IMG/VR virus record: IMGVR_UViG_3300046516_001816
Span: 124,001-188,000 of that record
Direction: 5' to 3' (one strand)
Length of the DNA stretch: 64,000 bases
Positions 63,565 to 64,000 of the stretch are shown here, piece by piece. Made by a program: the position numbers and the translations under genes. Position 1 is the stretch's first letter. Each line of letters begins with the position of its first letter. The notes under the pieces were generated by a model, which searched no databases, had not been told where the DNA came from, and was given only the letters and a program-made list of their open reading frames with translations.

Positions 63565-64000
63565 ATGCGAAAAAACTACATAGAACGAATGATCGCTGCC
63601 TCGGGACCGAACGGGCAGCATCCGCTGGTATTGTTCTCAGGCGGCATGGATTCCACCATGCTCTTGCAAGAGCTCCTGCAATCGATGCACGTGTACACCT
63701 TTTACGTAGAAGCCAATCAGCACCCGCACAAGGTGACGCGCGAACGGGAAGCGCGAGACAATCTGCGTCGCATGTTTTACGATCGTTACGATTACGGCAT
63801 TCAGGACGACTTTGAATTCGAGCTGAACGAGGTGTTTGTCCAGACCAACAACTATGCGATGGTGCAACCGATCAGCTGGTTGACCGCAGCCCTGATTAAG
63901 TTTGATCCGTCGCGGCACTCGGGCGTGGCGATTGGCTATTTGCTGGGCGATCAAGCCCCAGCGTTTCGTCGGGAGATGGAAGACTTCTGGCGTTCAGGCT
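63565..64000 (+). CDS. queC: 3'-truncated QueC-like PP-loop ATPase (7-cyano-7-deazaguanine synthase family)
   Basis: Hand translation MRKNYIERMIAASGPNGQHPLVLFSGGMDSTMLL...; PP-loop SGGMDS; frame open to the window end. Confidence 0.7.
   Translation, partial: MRKNYIERMIAASGPNGQHPLVLFSGGMDSTMLLQELLQSMHVYTFYVEANQHPHKVTREREARDNLRRMFYDRYDYGIQDDFEFELNEVFVQTNNYAMVQPISWLTAALIKFDPSRHSGVAIGYLLGDQAPAFRREMEDFWRSG

Noticed and set aside
1-64000. tRNA, rRNA, integrase or transposase genes
   Set aside because: Intergenic gaps are short and explained by hairpins and leaders; no cloverleaf (T-loop GTTCGA plus acceptor stem) or recombinase motifs were found by eye. tRNAscan-SE would be the definitive check.

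Overview
This 64-kb window looks like part of a large lytic (jumbo, phiKZ/Chimalliviridae-like) phage genome. This assignment is inferred from gene families and regulatory motifs, not from a database search. The host is probably Burkholderiaceae, based on a Burkholderia-type long ThyA and a LivK-like binding protein. Every credible gene is on the + strand. Layout: (1) 1-3630, small virion/baseplate-type genes sharing a 'Y-x-R-(I/L)-x-L' motif; (2) 3640-24554, early/middle accessory block with a COG4112/YmaB-like Nudix, thymidylate kinase, thymidylate synthase, four putative HTH proteins, DUF3307, an HNH-family endonuclease, NADAR, an orphan branched-chain amino-acid binding protein, a lipoprotein, a DHH phosphoesterase and DUF1289; (3) 24627-62991, a ~38-kb fibre/receptor-binding locus with ten Ala/Ser/Thr coiled-coil shaft genes, a GH8-like glycosidase, SPRY, ILEI/GG, LamG-like and propeller domains and three peptidase-S74 chaperoned fibres; (4) a truncated QueC-like gene at the right edge. 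The most striking observation is a cassette present twice (30412-32778 and 48296-62991): a shaft gene ending in a shared adaptor domain, then 1 or 4 paralogous lectin-like head genes, then a small protein made only of 3 or 11 tandem beta-strand repeats. I hypothesise a donor-strand scaffold that strings receptor-binding heads onto a fibre. A repeated hairpin-TTTATGCCG element, a bipartite early-promoter-like motif and a double hairpin with anti-Shine-Dalgarno loops are also visible. No tRNA, rRNA, CRISPR array, integrase or transposase was seen.
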